Translations under genes and position numbers: made by a program
Assembly: GCA_051252135.1 (NCBI GenBank)
Contig: JBPOGH010000010.1
Location: 32,001-96,000 of the forward strand
Direction: 5' to 3'
Origin: Verrucomicrobiaceae bacterium
GTDB taxonomy: Bacteria; Verrucomicrobiota; Verrucomicrobiia; Verrucomicrobiales; Akkermansiaceae
Length of the DNA: 64,000 nucleotides
The notes under the pieces: model-generated
The model's input: only the letters and a program-made list of their open reading frames with translations
Databases searched by the model: none
Told to the model about the DNA's origin: nothing
Shown here: in pieces, positions 1 through 9,619 of the stretch
How the letters are laid out: each line of letters starts with the position of its first letter
How positions within the stretch are numbered: position 1 is the stretch's first letter

Positions 1-1
1 T

Positions 2-3000
2 GTGGCGAGTTATTCGCTGAAGAGTGTGGGTGGGTTGGGGCATCGGTTGGTGAGTGCGAACGGTGCGGTGTCGCTTGATGATGGGGATGAGGGGGGCGAT
101 GAGTTGGCATCGTCGCGGCGGACGGAAGTGAAGCTGGAGATTTTTCGCAAAGCGTCGCGGCCCTTGCCGGTGGAGCTGGTGGGAGCGCGGCTTGAGGGTC
201 GGTTGGATGACGAGGGTGGTTCGGCGGTTTTTTCGCTGAGAGGGACGGTGCGGGTGACGAGTCAGGAGCCGGTGGAGCTGGATATTTTACGAGGTGAGGC
301 GGCTCCGGTATCGCAGGTGGCGGGTGAGAATGTGCGGCTGGTGCTGGAGCATGCGGGCGGGAATCCGGTGTATCGGTTGAAGTTTACGGCGGCGGGTGAG
401 TATCCGCTGGAGTTGTCCTTTGTGGCACCGATTGAGAGTCGGGGCGACGCGAAGGGGTTTTCGTTTCAGGTGCCGGGTGGGGCGGTGGTGCCGGTGAGCT
501 TGTCGGGGGTGGCGGAGTCGTCGGAATTTTTGGAGGAGAGCTTGGTGCAGCCGGATTGGCGTGCCGGGAGCTGGTTGGGATTTTTGCCGGCCTCGGGGCA
601 GTGTCATTTGGCGTGGAAGCCGAAGCGGACGACGGGAGATGGGAAGTTGTTTTTTACGAGTGAGGCGATGACTGATTTGGCGGTGGGCGCGGGCTTGATT
701 CGTCAGGTGACGGAGCTGCAGGTGAAGACACTGCAGGGGGCGCTTCCTTCGTTGACCCTGGGCTTGGCCGGGAAGGGTGAGATTTTAGCGGTGGAGGGTG
801 AGAATGTCCTGAGCTGGAAGGTGAACGAGGGTTCGCTGGAGATTATTTTGAGTCGTCCGGTGACGGCGGAGGCCGGGTTTGTGATTCGGGCGCAATCGGC
901 GCTGACGGTCTTGCCGGCGCAGCTTGAGCCGCTGCGGTTGACGCCGGAGGGCGCGGTGCGGCATTCGGGATACGTGCGCGTTTTTAATCAGGGTGCGATT
1001 CGTTTTGAGGTGATGAAGTCGGTGGGCTTGACCCAGCTTTCGCCGGACCAGTTTCCGGAAGTGGGTCAGTTCCGGAATGCGCCGAAGCAGGTGTTTTACT
1101 ATCGTTATCCTGCGGCGGAGCGGAATTATGTGATTGCAGCGGAGAGGGTGAAGCCCGAGGTGAATGTGTCGCAGTTGCTAAACTACGAACTGACCGAGAC
1201 GGATCGGGTGGTGCGGGCTGATCTGGAGCTGGATGTGCGGGAGGCGGGGATTCGGGAGTTTGAATTTTATGCACCAGCGGACTATGCGCCGGTGGCGATC
1301 ACGGGAGTGGGGGTATCGGATTATGTGTCGAGTGCGCCTGAGAAGGGAATGCGCCGGATTAAGGTGATTTTTGAAAGCGAAGTGGGTGGTGAGGGTGACG
1401 AGGGGGCACGTCGGCTGATCAAGGTGCATCTGGAGCACAACGCGGCAGCGAAGGCGGGAGCGTGGACGTTGCCGACGCTGAGCTTTCCGGGGTCGAAGTT
1501 TATCCGGGGTGAGTTCGGAGTGAGTGCGGCGCCGGGGTATCGGGTGTCGCCGGGGACGATGGATGGAGTGGGTGAGATGCCGCTGATTCATTTTCAAAAT
1601 CCGGGTGAGCGGCTGCAGCTGGCGTATCGGATCCGAACGGCGGACTGGAAGGGGACTTTGGCGGTGGAGGCGCTGAGTCAGAATGTGCAGGCTGATGTGT
1701 TCCACCTTTATGCGTTGAAGGAGAATACGGCTTACGTGTCGGTGTTGGTGAATTATTTTGTGACGGGATCGCCGGTGAGCGAGTGGACGCTGGCGGTGCC
1801 CGAGGGGGCGGAGCACTTGAATGTGGATGGGCGCGATGTGCGGGATTCGCGGGTGAATGAGGGGGTGCTGACGGTGCCGCTGCATCGTCCGGTGATGGGG
1901 GCTTATCAGCTTCTGGTGACGTATGAGCAGAAGGCCGGGAAAGCGATCGCGATGGGGGGATTGGTGCCGCAGAATGTGCAGGGCGAGCGTGGGTTTGTGC
2001 AGGTGGTGAGTCCGGGGCAGGTGGAGTTGAGCGAGGTGTCGGGGAGTGAGAATTTGATCAAGCTGGATCCGCTTGAGTTACCGGCGGAGTATCGTCTGAT
2101 GTCGCATGCGCCATCGCTTGCGGCGTGGCAGTATACGGGGCGTCCGATTGAGCTGGCGGCTAATATTTCCTGGTTCGAGCGCGGTGAGATGGCGCGGCAG
2201 ATTGTGGAGTATGCGGATTTGAAGAGCCGGATTGCGCGGGATGGAGGCGCGGTGACGGAATCGGTTTACGAAGTGCGGACGCGGGGTGAGCGGACGCTCA
2301 CGTTGAACGTGCCTCGCGGGACGTCAATTCGGTCGGTATCGGTTGATGGCGTGGTGGTGACGATTCGTGAGGCGGGCGAGCAGAGGTTGGTTCCGCTGCC
2401 CGAGACGGTCTCGCCGAATCGTCCGGTGCGGATTGAGATACGGTCGAGCTCGATGGGAGCCGGGGAGCGGGTGCAGCTGAGTGCGCCGACGCTGGCCGGG
2501 GCGACGCAGTTGGTGACGAAGTGGACGGTGGAAGCGGATGCGGGGCATGTGGTGGAGCCGATCAATTCGGGGAAGACCGAGTTGCTGACGCCCTTTTCCA
2601 CCGAGAATGGATTTCAATGGATTGAGCGGAACTCGCTGGGGATATTCACGCTGGTGCTGCTGGCATGGGCGGCGGGCTGGGGGATGGTGCGCGGGAACCG
2701 GGGGATTGCCTCGATGCTGGGAGCTGACTTGGTGTTGGCGGCGGCGATTGGGGCTTTTTATCTGGCTTGGGGTGGCTTTGGGACGACTCCGACGGTGCCG
2801 ACGGTGCTGGAGTATTCGGTGCCGGTTTTGGCTCCGGATGAGTCGTTGGCTTTGGTGGTGGACCATCGTGAAGAGGGACGGGTGGTGTTCTCGGACTTTG
2901 GGATGTTGATTTCATTTTTGGGATTGGTGGCCCTTTACTTTGCGTGGAAGTGGCCGGTGCATCGGACGGTTCTGATTCTGGGTGGCGCGATCGCGATTGG

Positions 3001-6000
3001 AGTGGGGACGCTGGCCCATGCGGGTGGGGCGGGTTGGTTCTTCCTGGTGTTGGGCGGGGCGATTCTGTGGACCTTGTGGCATCTGGTGATGATGCGTCTG
3101 GACGACTGGAAGGACTTCTTTTCGAGACGGAAGGATGAGGATGAAGATGATTTGGAGGACGAGGATGGACCTGAACCCGAGCCCAATTCGCCGGGCGGGG
3201 TGGTGGCGGCCTTAATGGTGGCACTGACGCTGGGTTTTGCGACGGATGCGCGGGCGGAATCGAAGTTCGTTATTCCGGAAGTGCCAACGGGTCCGACGGC
3301 GGACCTGTTGACGGAGCGGTGGGTGATTGCGGATCGTCGGATCGAGGGATCGGGATCGATCACGGTGACGGGGAAGGAAGGGGAGCGTTTTGTGTTGCTT
3401 CGTGGGCCGGGGGTGCTGACGAAATTTGAAGGAGGAGGTCTCAAGGTGATCACCGAGGGTGGTCGTTATTTGGTGGTCCCGACTGCGGATGGAACCCATG
3501 AAGCGAGTTTTTCGTATCAGGCTCCGGCCGGGGATGTGACGAAGGGGCTGCCCTTGTTGAGCGGGCTGGCGGCAGTGCATTCGCTGGAAGTGCGTTACGA
3601 GGCGGCGGGATGGGATATCCAGTCGCCGATTGCGGTGCAGCGGGTGGTGGGCCAGGCGGGTGATGGGAGTGCGGCCAAGTTGTGGCTGCGGCCGATTGCG
3701 GGCGGTCAGGTGGTGTTGAGTCCGAAGGCGCGTGATGTGGCTGCGGAGGCGACGCGATTTTTCTCGGAAGTGAGCCAGGTATTTATTCCGGGGCCGGGAG
3801 TGGTGGACGGGATTCACCAGATATCAATACGTCCGTCGCAAGGGCAGGTGAAGGAGTTGGTGCTGACGGTGCCGAAGGATTTCACGGTGAGTGATGTGCG
3901 GAGCAGTGTGGTGGGGCCTTGGCGTTTTGATCCCGAGAAGGGGTTGTTGCGGATTGAGGTGACGCCGGGGCAGTCGAAGCCTTTTGCGCTGATCGTGGAG
4001 ACGCAGCGGAGTCTGGCGACCTTGCCGGCGGCGGTGGACTTGCAGCCGATGCGGGTGCAGGAGTCATCGGGTGAGGTGGGGATGATTGCGTTGGGATTTG
4101 GAAAGGAGGCGCAGCTGGACAAGGATGTGCCGAAGGGGCTTTCGTTGGTGAATCTGGCGGACTTTGACGGGAGGATGATCCCGATGGATCGCGAGGGCCG
4201 GAAGAGGGCGACCTTGCAGAAGGTTTACCGATACAGCGAGGCGGAGGCGTCACTGAATGTGTCGGTGGCTCCGGTGGCACCGGAAGTACGAGTGATTTCC
4301 GAGGAGAAGATTTCCCTGGGTGACGAACGGGTGGTGCTGGGAGTGGACTTTACCGCTACGATTACGAGGGCGGGCGTGTTTCGGCTGAGCTTCCCGCTTC
4401 CTGCGGGGTTTGAGGTGGAGTCGCTGACGGGTGGTGCGCTGCACCACTGGGTGGAGGTGACCGAGGAGAAGAAGCGGGTGATTGTGATGAATCTGAGAGG
4501 TAAGACGATTGGGGCGCAGAAGTTTTCGCTCGTGCTCTCGGGTCCGCCGACCTTTGCGGTGGGGACCTCGTGGCTGGTGCCGAAGTTTCGCCTGAGCGAA
4601 GCGACGCGGCAGTCGGGCCAGATGGTGATCGTGCCGGGGCGCGGGATTCAGGTGCGGGTGGATTCGCGCAAGGATGTGTCTGCGCTGGATCCGCGATCGG
4701 TGGGCGGGAATCAGGCGGGGTCGCTGGCGTTCCGCTTGTTGCAGGATTCGTGGTCGCTGGGGTTGGCGATTGATCAGCTTGAGCCATCGATTGCAGCGCG
4801 GATGTTGCATGATGTGGAGTTGCGAGAGGGGCGGTCGAAATCGCGGATTGATTTGAGGGTGCAGGTGGATCAGGCCTCGATCCGGTCCTTGCGGGTGCGG
4901 GTGCCGGGTCTTACCGAGCTTGATGAGCAGACCCTGAGGGCTTCGGGAAGCGAAGTGCGGGACATTGTTCAGGTGGCCGATGAGCCGGGTGTTTGGGATG
5001 TGCAGTTCAAGCGGCGGGTAGCCGGGGAGACCTTGATCCGGATTGAGTATGAGCAGAATGAGCAGGATGATGCGAAGGTGCAGATCAATCCATGTCAGGT
5101 GATGGAAGCGCGCCAGCAGGAAACTTATCTGTCGCTTCGTCCGGGAGTGCGGCTGGAGCTTTCACTGGGAGTGACGGACGGATGGCTGGATGTGGATTGG
5201 TCGGCGGTGCCGAAAGAGCTGCGACAGGTGGATCGTTCCGGTGCTCCGGCGGCGTGCCTGCGCACGATGCGGACGGATCAGGGGGTGATGGTTTCGCTCA
5301 AGCGGCACGCGGTGGTGAGCGGTGACAAGTTGCGGGTGAAGAGCGGGGCGTTGCTTTCGGTGCTTTCTCCCAACGGGGAGCTGATGAATCAGGCGGACCT
5401 GGTGATCGAGGCGCGTCAGCGGGGGCCGCTCAATTTAACCCTGCCGAGAGGGAGCCGTTTGTTTGGCGTCTTTGTGAATGAAGAGAGCGCTTTGGTGGTG
5501 CGGAAGGATGAGAGTTATGTCTTCCATGTGAGTGGAGATGCGGGAACGAACGAGGCGAAGGTGAGGGTGTCGTATGCGACATCGCTGGGTGGGGCGAGTT
5601 TGGACAAGGTGGAATTGGAAGCGTTTCGGGTGGGAGAGCCGCTGGAGAATGTGACGTGGAAGATTGTGGTGCCCGAAGGGTATCGATTGAGGGATGCGGA
5701 GGGAGATTTGGATGTGGCGGAGCATGGGGATGCCGAGTCGGTGAGTCGGGAGGAGTATTTGGCCCTGGTGAACTCGCAGAACTCGCGGAAGGCGGATGGT
5801 GCGCGGGATCGACTGGGACGGGTGGCGACCTACCTGCAGCAGGGTGAGCAGGGGAAAGCGGCGGCGACGCTGGAGCAGGTGTGGAATGGCAACGCGCTTG
5901 ATGCGGCGAGTAACGAAGATGCGCGGGTGAAGCTGGAGAATCTGGTGACGCAACAGGCGATGGTGGGTCTTAATACGAGACGGCAACGGCTTTATCTGGA

Positions 6001-6424
6001 TAACAAAGCGCAGGTGACTCAAAGTGATTTGAATGACCAGATCGAGGTGGCGGCGAATGCGAACCCCGTTTTTTCAGGGAACCTGAATTACGATGTGGAT
6101 GACTTTGCGAATGTGACGCGAGGAAACGATGCGCAGGTGAACCGGATGCTGAGCACGATTGCGGCGAAGTGGGTGAAGCACCAGCGGGTGACCGAGCCGG
6201 TATCGCAATTGCTCGATCCTGTGATATCGGCGCCCGGCAAGGCGATTGTTTTTGAGCGGGAAATCCAGGTGAGCGGGCAGAAGCCGCTGAGGCTGGAGCT
6301 GGATTTTGAGAAGGAAGGCGGGGAGAGTAATCCTCTCACCACGGTGTGGTTGCTGGTGCTTTTGGGGCTCAGCTTCTTCCTGATCTGGCGGGGCGTGATG
6401 CGTTCCGGGGAGAAGGGGGAGTGA
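2..6424 (+). CDS. Very large hypothetical membrane-anchored protein (5'-truncated by window edge), two homologous halves built of repeated beta-rich modules
   Basis: 2140-aa open frame with host-like codon usage; central cluster of hydrophobic helices, C-terminal TM helix; recurring motif like 'L.vP.g..v.sv.g'. No catalytic motif recognised. Confidence 0.8.
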   Translation: MASYSLKSVGGLGHRLVSANGAVSLDDGDEGGDELASSRRTEVKLEIFRKASRPLPVELVGARLEGRLDDEGGSAVFSLRGTVRVTSQEPVELDILRGEAAPVSQVAGENVRLVLEHAGGNPVYRLKFTAAGEYPLELSFVAPIESRGDAKGFSFQVPGGAVVPVSLSGVAESSEFLEESLVQPDWRAGSWLGFLPASGQCHLAWKPKRTTGDGKLFFTSEAMTDLAVGAGLIRQVTELQVKTLQGALPSLTLGLAGKGEILAVEGENVLSWKVNEGSLEIILSRPVTAEAGFVIRAQSALTVLPAQLEPLRLTPEGAVRHSGYVRVFNQGAIRFEVMKSVGLTQLSPDQFPEVGQFRNAPKQVFYYRYPAAERNYVIAAERVKPEVNVSQLLNYELTETDRVVRADLELDVREAGIREFEFYAPADYAPVAITGVGVSDYVSSAPEKGMRRIKVIFESEVGGEGDEGARRLIKVHLEHNAAAKAGAWTLPTLSFPGSKFIRGEFGVSAAPGYRVSPGTMDGVGEMPLIHFQNPGERLQLAYRIRTADWKGTLAVEALSQNVQADVFHLYALKENTAYVSVLVNYFVTGSPVSEWTLAVPEGAEHLNVDGRDVRDSRVNEGVLTVPLHRPVMGAYQLLVTYEQKAGKAIAMGGLVPQNVQGERGFVQVVSPGQVELSEVSGSENLIKLDPLELPAEYRLMSHAPSLAAWQYTGRPIELAANISWFERGEMARQIVEYADLKSRIARDGGAVTESVYEVRTRGERTLTLNVPRGTSIRSVSVDGVVVTIREAGEQRLVPLPETVSPNRPVRIEIRSSSMGAGERVQLSAPTLAGATQLVTKWTVEADAGHVVEPINSGKTELLTPFSTENGFQWIERNSLGIFTLVLLAWAAGWGMVRGNRGIASMLGADLVLAAAIGAFYLAWGGFGTTPTVPTVLEYSVPVLAPDESLALVVDHREEGRVVFSDFGMLISFLGLVALYFAWKWPVHRTVLILGGAIAIGVGTLAHAGGAGWFFLVLGGAILWTLWHLVMMRLDDWKDFFSRRKDEDEDDLEDEDGPEPEPNSPGGVVAALMVALTLGFATDARAESKFVIPEVPTGPTADLLTERWVIADRRIEGSGSITVTGKEGERFVLLRGPGVLTKFEGGGLKVITEGGRYLVVPTADGTHEASFSYQAPAGDVTKGLPLLSGLAAVHSLEVRYEAAGWDIQSPIAVQRVVGQAGDGSAAKLWLRPIAGGQVVLSPKARDVAAEATRFFSEVSQVFIPGPGVVDGIHQISIRPSQGQVKELVLTVPKDFTVSDVRSSVVGPWRFDPEKGLLRIEVTPGQSKPFALIVETQRSLATLPAAVDLQPMRVQESSGEVGMIALGFGKEAQLDKDVPKGLSLVNLADFDGRMIPMDREGRKRATLQKVYRYSEAEASLNVSVAPVAPEVRVISEEKISLGDERVVLGVDFTATITRAGVFRLSFPLPAGFEVESLTGGALHHWVEVTEEKKRVIVMNLRGKTIGAQKFSLVLSGPPTFAVGTSWLVPKFRLSEATRQSGQMVIVPGRGIQVRVDSRKDVSALDPRSVGGNQAGSLAFRLLQDSWSLGLAIDQLEPSIAARMLHDVELREGRSKSRIDLRVQVDQASIRSLRVRVPGLTELDEQTLRASGSEVRDIVQVADEPGVWDVQFKRRVAGETLIRIEYEQNEQDDAKVQINPCQVMEARQQETYLSLRPGVRLELSLGVTDGWLDVDWSAVPKELRQVDRSGAPAACLRTMRTDQGVMVSLKRHAVVSGDKLRVKSGALLSVLSPNGELMNQADLVIEARQRGPLNLTLPRGSRLFGVFVNEESALVVRKDESYVFHVSGDAGTNEAKVRVSYATSLGGASLDKVELEAFRVGEPLENVTWKIVVPEGYRLRDAEGDLDVAEHGDAESVSREEYLALVNSQNSRKADGARDRLGRVATYLQQGEQGKAAATLEQVWNGNALDAASNEDARVKLENLVTQQAMVGLNTRRQRLYLDNKAQVTQSDLNDQIEVAANANPVFSGNLNYDVDDFANVTRGNDAQVNRMLSTIAAKWVKHQRVTEPVSQLLDPVISAPGKAIVFEREIQVSGQKPLRLELDFEKEGGESNPLTTVWLLVLLGLSFFLIWRGVMRSGEKGE

Positions 6425-6426
6425 GA

Positions 6427-6462
6427 CAACGGAGGGCGGGTTTTCAATGGAGGGCGGGTTTT
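6427..6462. repeat. 18-bp tandem duplication (CAAYGGAGGGCGGGTTTT x2), possible REP remnant
   Basis: 6427-6444 and 6445-6462 match at 17/18 positions. Confidence 0.7.
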
Positions 6463-6528
6463 TAAACCACATGGGGGGAGAGGGATGGGGGCATTCCCTC
6501 CACGCTCCATTGGATAAAAATGCTTCCG

Positions 6529-7335
6529 TTAGTTTCTACGGCGCTTCAGGAGGAGGACGCTGGAAATACAGATGCCAATCAGACTGGCAGGTTCCGGGAT
6601 TTGGTTGAGAGCAACGAGGCGATATTCCTGATATTGTGTTTCCCTCACGAGGGTGGCTTCGGCGATGGGGCTTCCGAAGTAAGAGATGTCACTGGTGCCC
6701 TCTCTTCCGAATGGGGTGGTGACTTTCACTTCCGAAGTAGAGGAGAAATCGACAGTGACAACCTGACCTTCGATTTCTCCCAACCCAAGTGCGAGGGCTG
6801 TGGTGGCGTGGGCGGGCTCCTGGGTGACAATGATGCCTTTCTCTTCGAGGGCATCCTTGTGGTCGGCAACAATGGGAGAAATGGCGCTTTGGGTGGAGAT
6901 GCTCACACCGCGGACCACGTTCTGGAGGAAGACGACGTCTTGATCCGAGTTCATCGCTCCGGCGCTGGTGCAGATGCCAAAAGTGGCGCGGAGGTCATTG
7001 CTTAGGACGACCTGGACGATGTTTCCTTGCGAGTAGAAGTCCGGTTCGGGTGAGCCGAAGGCATCGAAGGTGATATTTCGAGAGCTGTGTTTGATGGTCG
7101 AGCTGCCATCAGTTGATGAGCTCCCAAAACCGAGATCATTCTCGATAGCGGATTCCAAGGGGGAGGTATCGATGACTTCCCGGTCGATGAGAGGGGAAGG
7201 GGTGATCAACTCCCAGGTGTATCCGAGAGGGGCAGCAGGCAGGGTAGTGACTGCGGCTTCCAAGGGGGTGAAAAAAATTGCGACGATTCCGCTCAGGAGC
7301 GGAACCCTAACGGGTTCTTGGGTTGTGGGGGGCAC
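6529..7335 (-). CDS. PEP-CTERM sorting domain protein
   Basis: C-terminus IPEPASLIGICISSVLLLKRRRN; N-terminal hydrophobic segment; start codon uncertain. Confidence 0.85.
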   Translation of the reverse strand: MPPTTQEPVRVPLLSGIVAIFFTPLEAAVTTLPAAPLGYTWELITPSPLIDREVIDTSPLESAIENDLGFGSSSTDGSSTIKHSSRNITFDAFGSPEPDFYSQGNIVQVVLSNDLRATFGICTSAGAMNSDQDVVFLQNVVRGVSISTQSAISPIVADHKDALEEKGIIVTQEPAHATTALALGLGEIEGQVVTVDFSSTSEVKVTTPFGREGTSDISYFGSPIAEATLVRETQYQEYRLVALNQIPEPASLIGICISSVLLLKRRRN

Positions 7336-7511
7336 GTGTTATACTTACCAGTAAAATTAATACTTGTAAACATTTAATGAACCTAAATTAAAAAAACTTC
7401 AAACTGTTGGTGTTTCCGGTTGGGTGGCGGTCTATTTTTTGTGCGTCAGCAAATTGGTTAAGGGGGTTCAAGGGGCGGGAGAAAAAACCTGAAAAATAAT
7501 CTTCCGGAGTC

Positions 7512-7539
7512 TTGACAGGGGGGGCGCGATCACTAGAGT
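7512..7539 (+). promoter_or_regulatory. sigma70-type promoter for tRNA-Arg/rpsA
   Basis: TTGACA (7512-7517), 16-bp spacer, TAGAGT (7534-7539), GC-rich discriminator. Confidence 0.7.
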
Positions 7540-7556
7540 CGCGGTCCGCGAATTAT

Positions 7557-7633
<77 letters not shown>

Positions 7634-7771
7634 TTCGCGGCTTTTTTCTTTCACGGAAGTGAGAGTGGAATGTTGGAGACAAGCGTGTCAGCGCCCCGTT
7701 GTTTGTCTCTTTCCAGTGGGGCATCTGTCGTCTGGACGATTAACCAAACCAACCAACCTTAACCTACAGTT

Positions 7772-9487
7772 ATGAGTGAAACCGCAGTGGCGGGATCTCA
7801 GAATGAAGAGCTTTCCGCTCTCATTGATGAGCATTTCCGCGAGTTTAATGAAGGATCGATTGTCAACGGCACGATCCTCGACATCCGCCCCCAAGTCGTC
7901 GTGGTGGATATTGGATACAAATCCGAGGGTGCAATCCCTGTTTCCGAGTTCGAAGATGAAGATATCGAAGTCGGTGACGAAGTAGAAGTTCTCCTTGAGC
8001 GCCTCGAAGATGACGAAGGCCTCATTGTGCTTTCCAAAGAGAAAGCCGCCCACAAGCAGAACTGGGAAAAGATCATGGCCGTTTACGAAGCCGGTGGTCT
8101 GGTCAAAGGAAAAGTCAAATCCGCCGTCAAGGGTGGCCTTATGGTCAACGTCGGTGTGGAAGCGTTCCTTCCCGGTTCCCAGGTGGACATCATTCCTCCC
8201 CGCGACCTTCAGGAGTACGTGGGCAATATTTACGAATTCAAGATCGTTAAGGTTAACGATGACCGCAAGAACCTTGTTCTGAGTCGTCGTGAAGTGATCG
8301 AGGCCGAGCGTGCCGAGCTTCGCCAGAAGTTCCTGCAGACCGTCACTGTTGGTGACAAGGTCGAGGGACAGGTTAAGAACATCACCGATTTCGGTGCCTT
8401 CGTTGACCTTCAGGGCATGGACGGACTGCTTCACATCACCGACATGAGCTGGGGACGTATTTCCCACCCATCCGAGATGCTTCGCATTGGCCAGCTGGTT
8501 GAAGTGCAGATTCTCGATGTTGATCGTGAGAAGGAGCGCGTCTCTCTTGGCTTCAAGCAGATGACCGAGAATCCCTGGGAGGACATCGAAGCCCGTTTCC
8601 CAATTGGGGCCGAGGTTGCCGGAAAAGTCACCAAGCTTCTTCCTTACGGTGCCTTCATCGAAATCGAGAAGGGTGTCGAAGGTCTCGTGCACGTGTCCGA
8701 GCTTTCGTGGGTCAAGCGCATCACGCGCCCATCCGACGTTCTGGAGCTCGATCAAGAGATCAAGGCAGTCGTTCTTGGCATCAGCATCGAGGAGCAGAAA
8801 ATCTCCCTCGGCGTTCGCCAGCTCGAAGAGAACCCATGGGACGCCATCGAAGCGCGTTACCCGATCGGCAAGGAAATTAAGGGCGAGGTGCGCAACCTTA
8901 CCGCTTACGGTGCCTTTGTTGGCCTGGAAGAGGGTATCGACGGCATGATCCACGTCTCCGACCTTTCCTGGACCCGCAAGATCAATCACCCCTCCGAGAT
9001 TCTCAAGAAGAACGAGGAAGTGGAAGCGGTTGTGCTTTCGATCGACAAGGAGAACCAGCGTGTTTCCCTCGGTATCAAGCAGCTTGATAACGATCCATGG
9101 TCCGACATCGACGGTAAGTTCAAGGTGGGCGATCTCGTTAAGGGAACGGTTGCCAAGATTGCTTCCTTCGGAGCGTTTGTCAGCCTCGATGGCGACATCG
9201 ACGGACTCATCCACATCTCGCAGCTTAGCGAGGAGCACGTGGAGAAGGTCAAGGATGTCATCAAGGTCGGCGACGAAGTCGAGGCCCGCGTGATCAAGGT
9301 CGACAAGATCGAGCGCCGCATTGGTCTCTCCATCAAGGCCGTTTCCTACACCGAAGAGGAACTCAAGAAGGAATCCCAGAGCTTCGAAACGCTCCGTCCT
9401 TCCAGCGACCTCGTCGGCCTCGAGCAGGCATTCAACCTCGCATCGTCCTCTACCGACGAGTCCGAGGAGTGGAGCCCCTCCGAGTAG
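7772..9487 (+). CDS. rpsA: 30S ribosomal protein S1
   Basis: Six S1 repeats (FGAFVDL..DGLLHITDMSW etc.), VDIGYKSEG. Confidence 0.98.
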   Translation: MSETAVAGSQNEELSALIDEHFREFNEGSIVNGTILDIRPQVVVVDIGYKSEGAIPVSEFEDEDIEVGDEVEVLLERLEDDEGLIVLSKEKAAHKQNWEKIMAVYEAGGLVKGKVKSAVKGGLMVNVGVEAFLPGSQVDIIPPRDLQEYVGNIYEFKIVKVNDDRKNLVLSRREVIEAERAELRQKFLQTVTVGDKVEGQVKNITDFGAFVDLQGMDGLLHITDMSWGRISHPSEMLRIGQLVEVQILDVDREKERVSLGFKQMTENPWEDIEARFPIGAEVAGKVTKLLPYGAFIEIEKGVEGLVHVSELSWVKRITRPSDVLELDQEIKAVVLGISIEEQKISLGVRQLEENPWDAIEARYPIGKEIKGEVRNLTAYGAFVGLEEGIDGMIHVSDLSWTRKINHPSEILKKNEEVEAVVLSIDKENQRVSLGIKQLDNDPWSDIDGKFKVGDLVKGTVAKIASFGAFVSLDGDIDGLIHISQLSEEHVEKVKDVIKVGDEVEARVIKVDKIERRIGLSIKAVSYTEEELKKESQSFETLRPSSDLVGLEQAFNLASSSTDESEEWSPSE

Positions 9488-9512
9488 TCCACGGACTGAC
9501 ACGAATAATCAC

Positions 9513-9547
9513 AACCGGTCGGGGAGCAATCCCCGCCCGGTTTTTTT
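9513..9547 (+). terminator. Intrinsic terminator after rpsA
   Basis: ACCGGTCGGGGA-GCAA-TCCCCGCCCGGT hairpin followed by T-run. Confidence 0.85.
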
Positions 9548-9619
9548 GTGCCCTGAAGGGAATCCGAGGTGAACAGTCTTGAGAGTTGGTCTCGCTCCAG
9601 ATATTGACTGCGTCACATT

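Noticed and set aside
7688..9502. 604-aa antisense ORF over rpsA, and similar long antisense ORFs over tuf, rplKA, rpoC, groEL, argG and rimK
   Set aside because: Shadow frames produced by biased codon usage of clear genes on the other strand; no independent motifs
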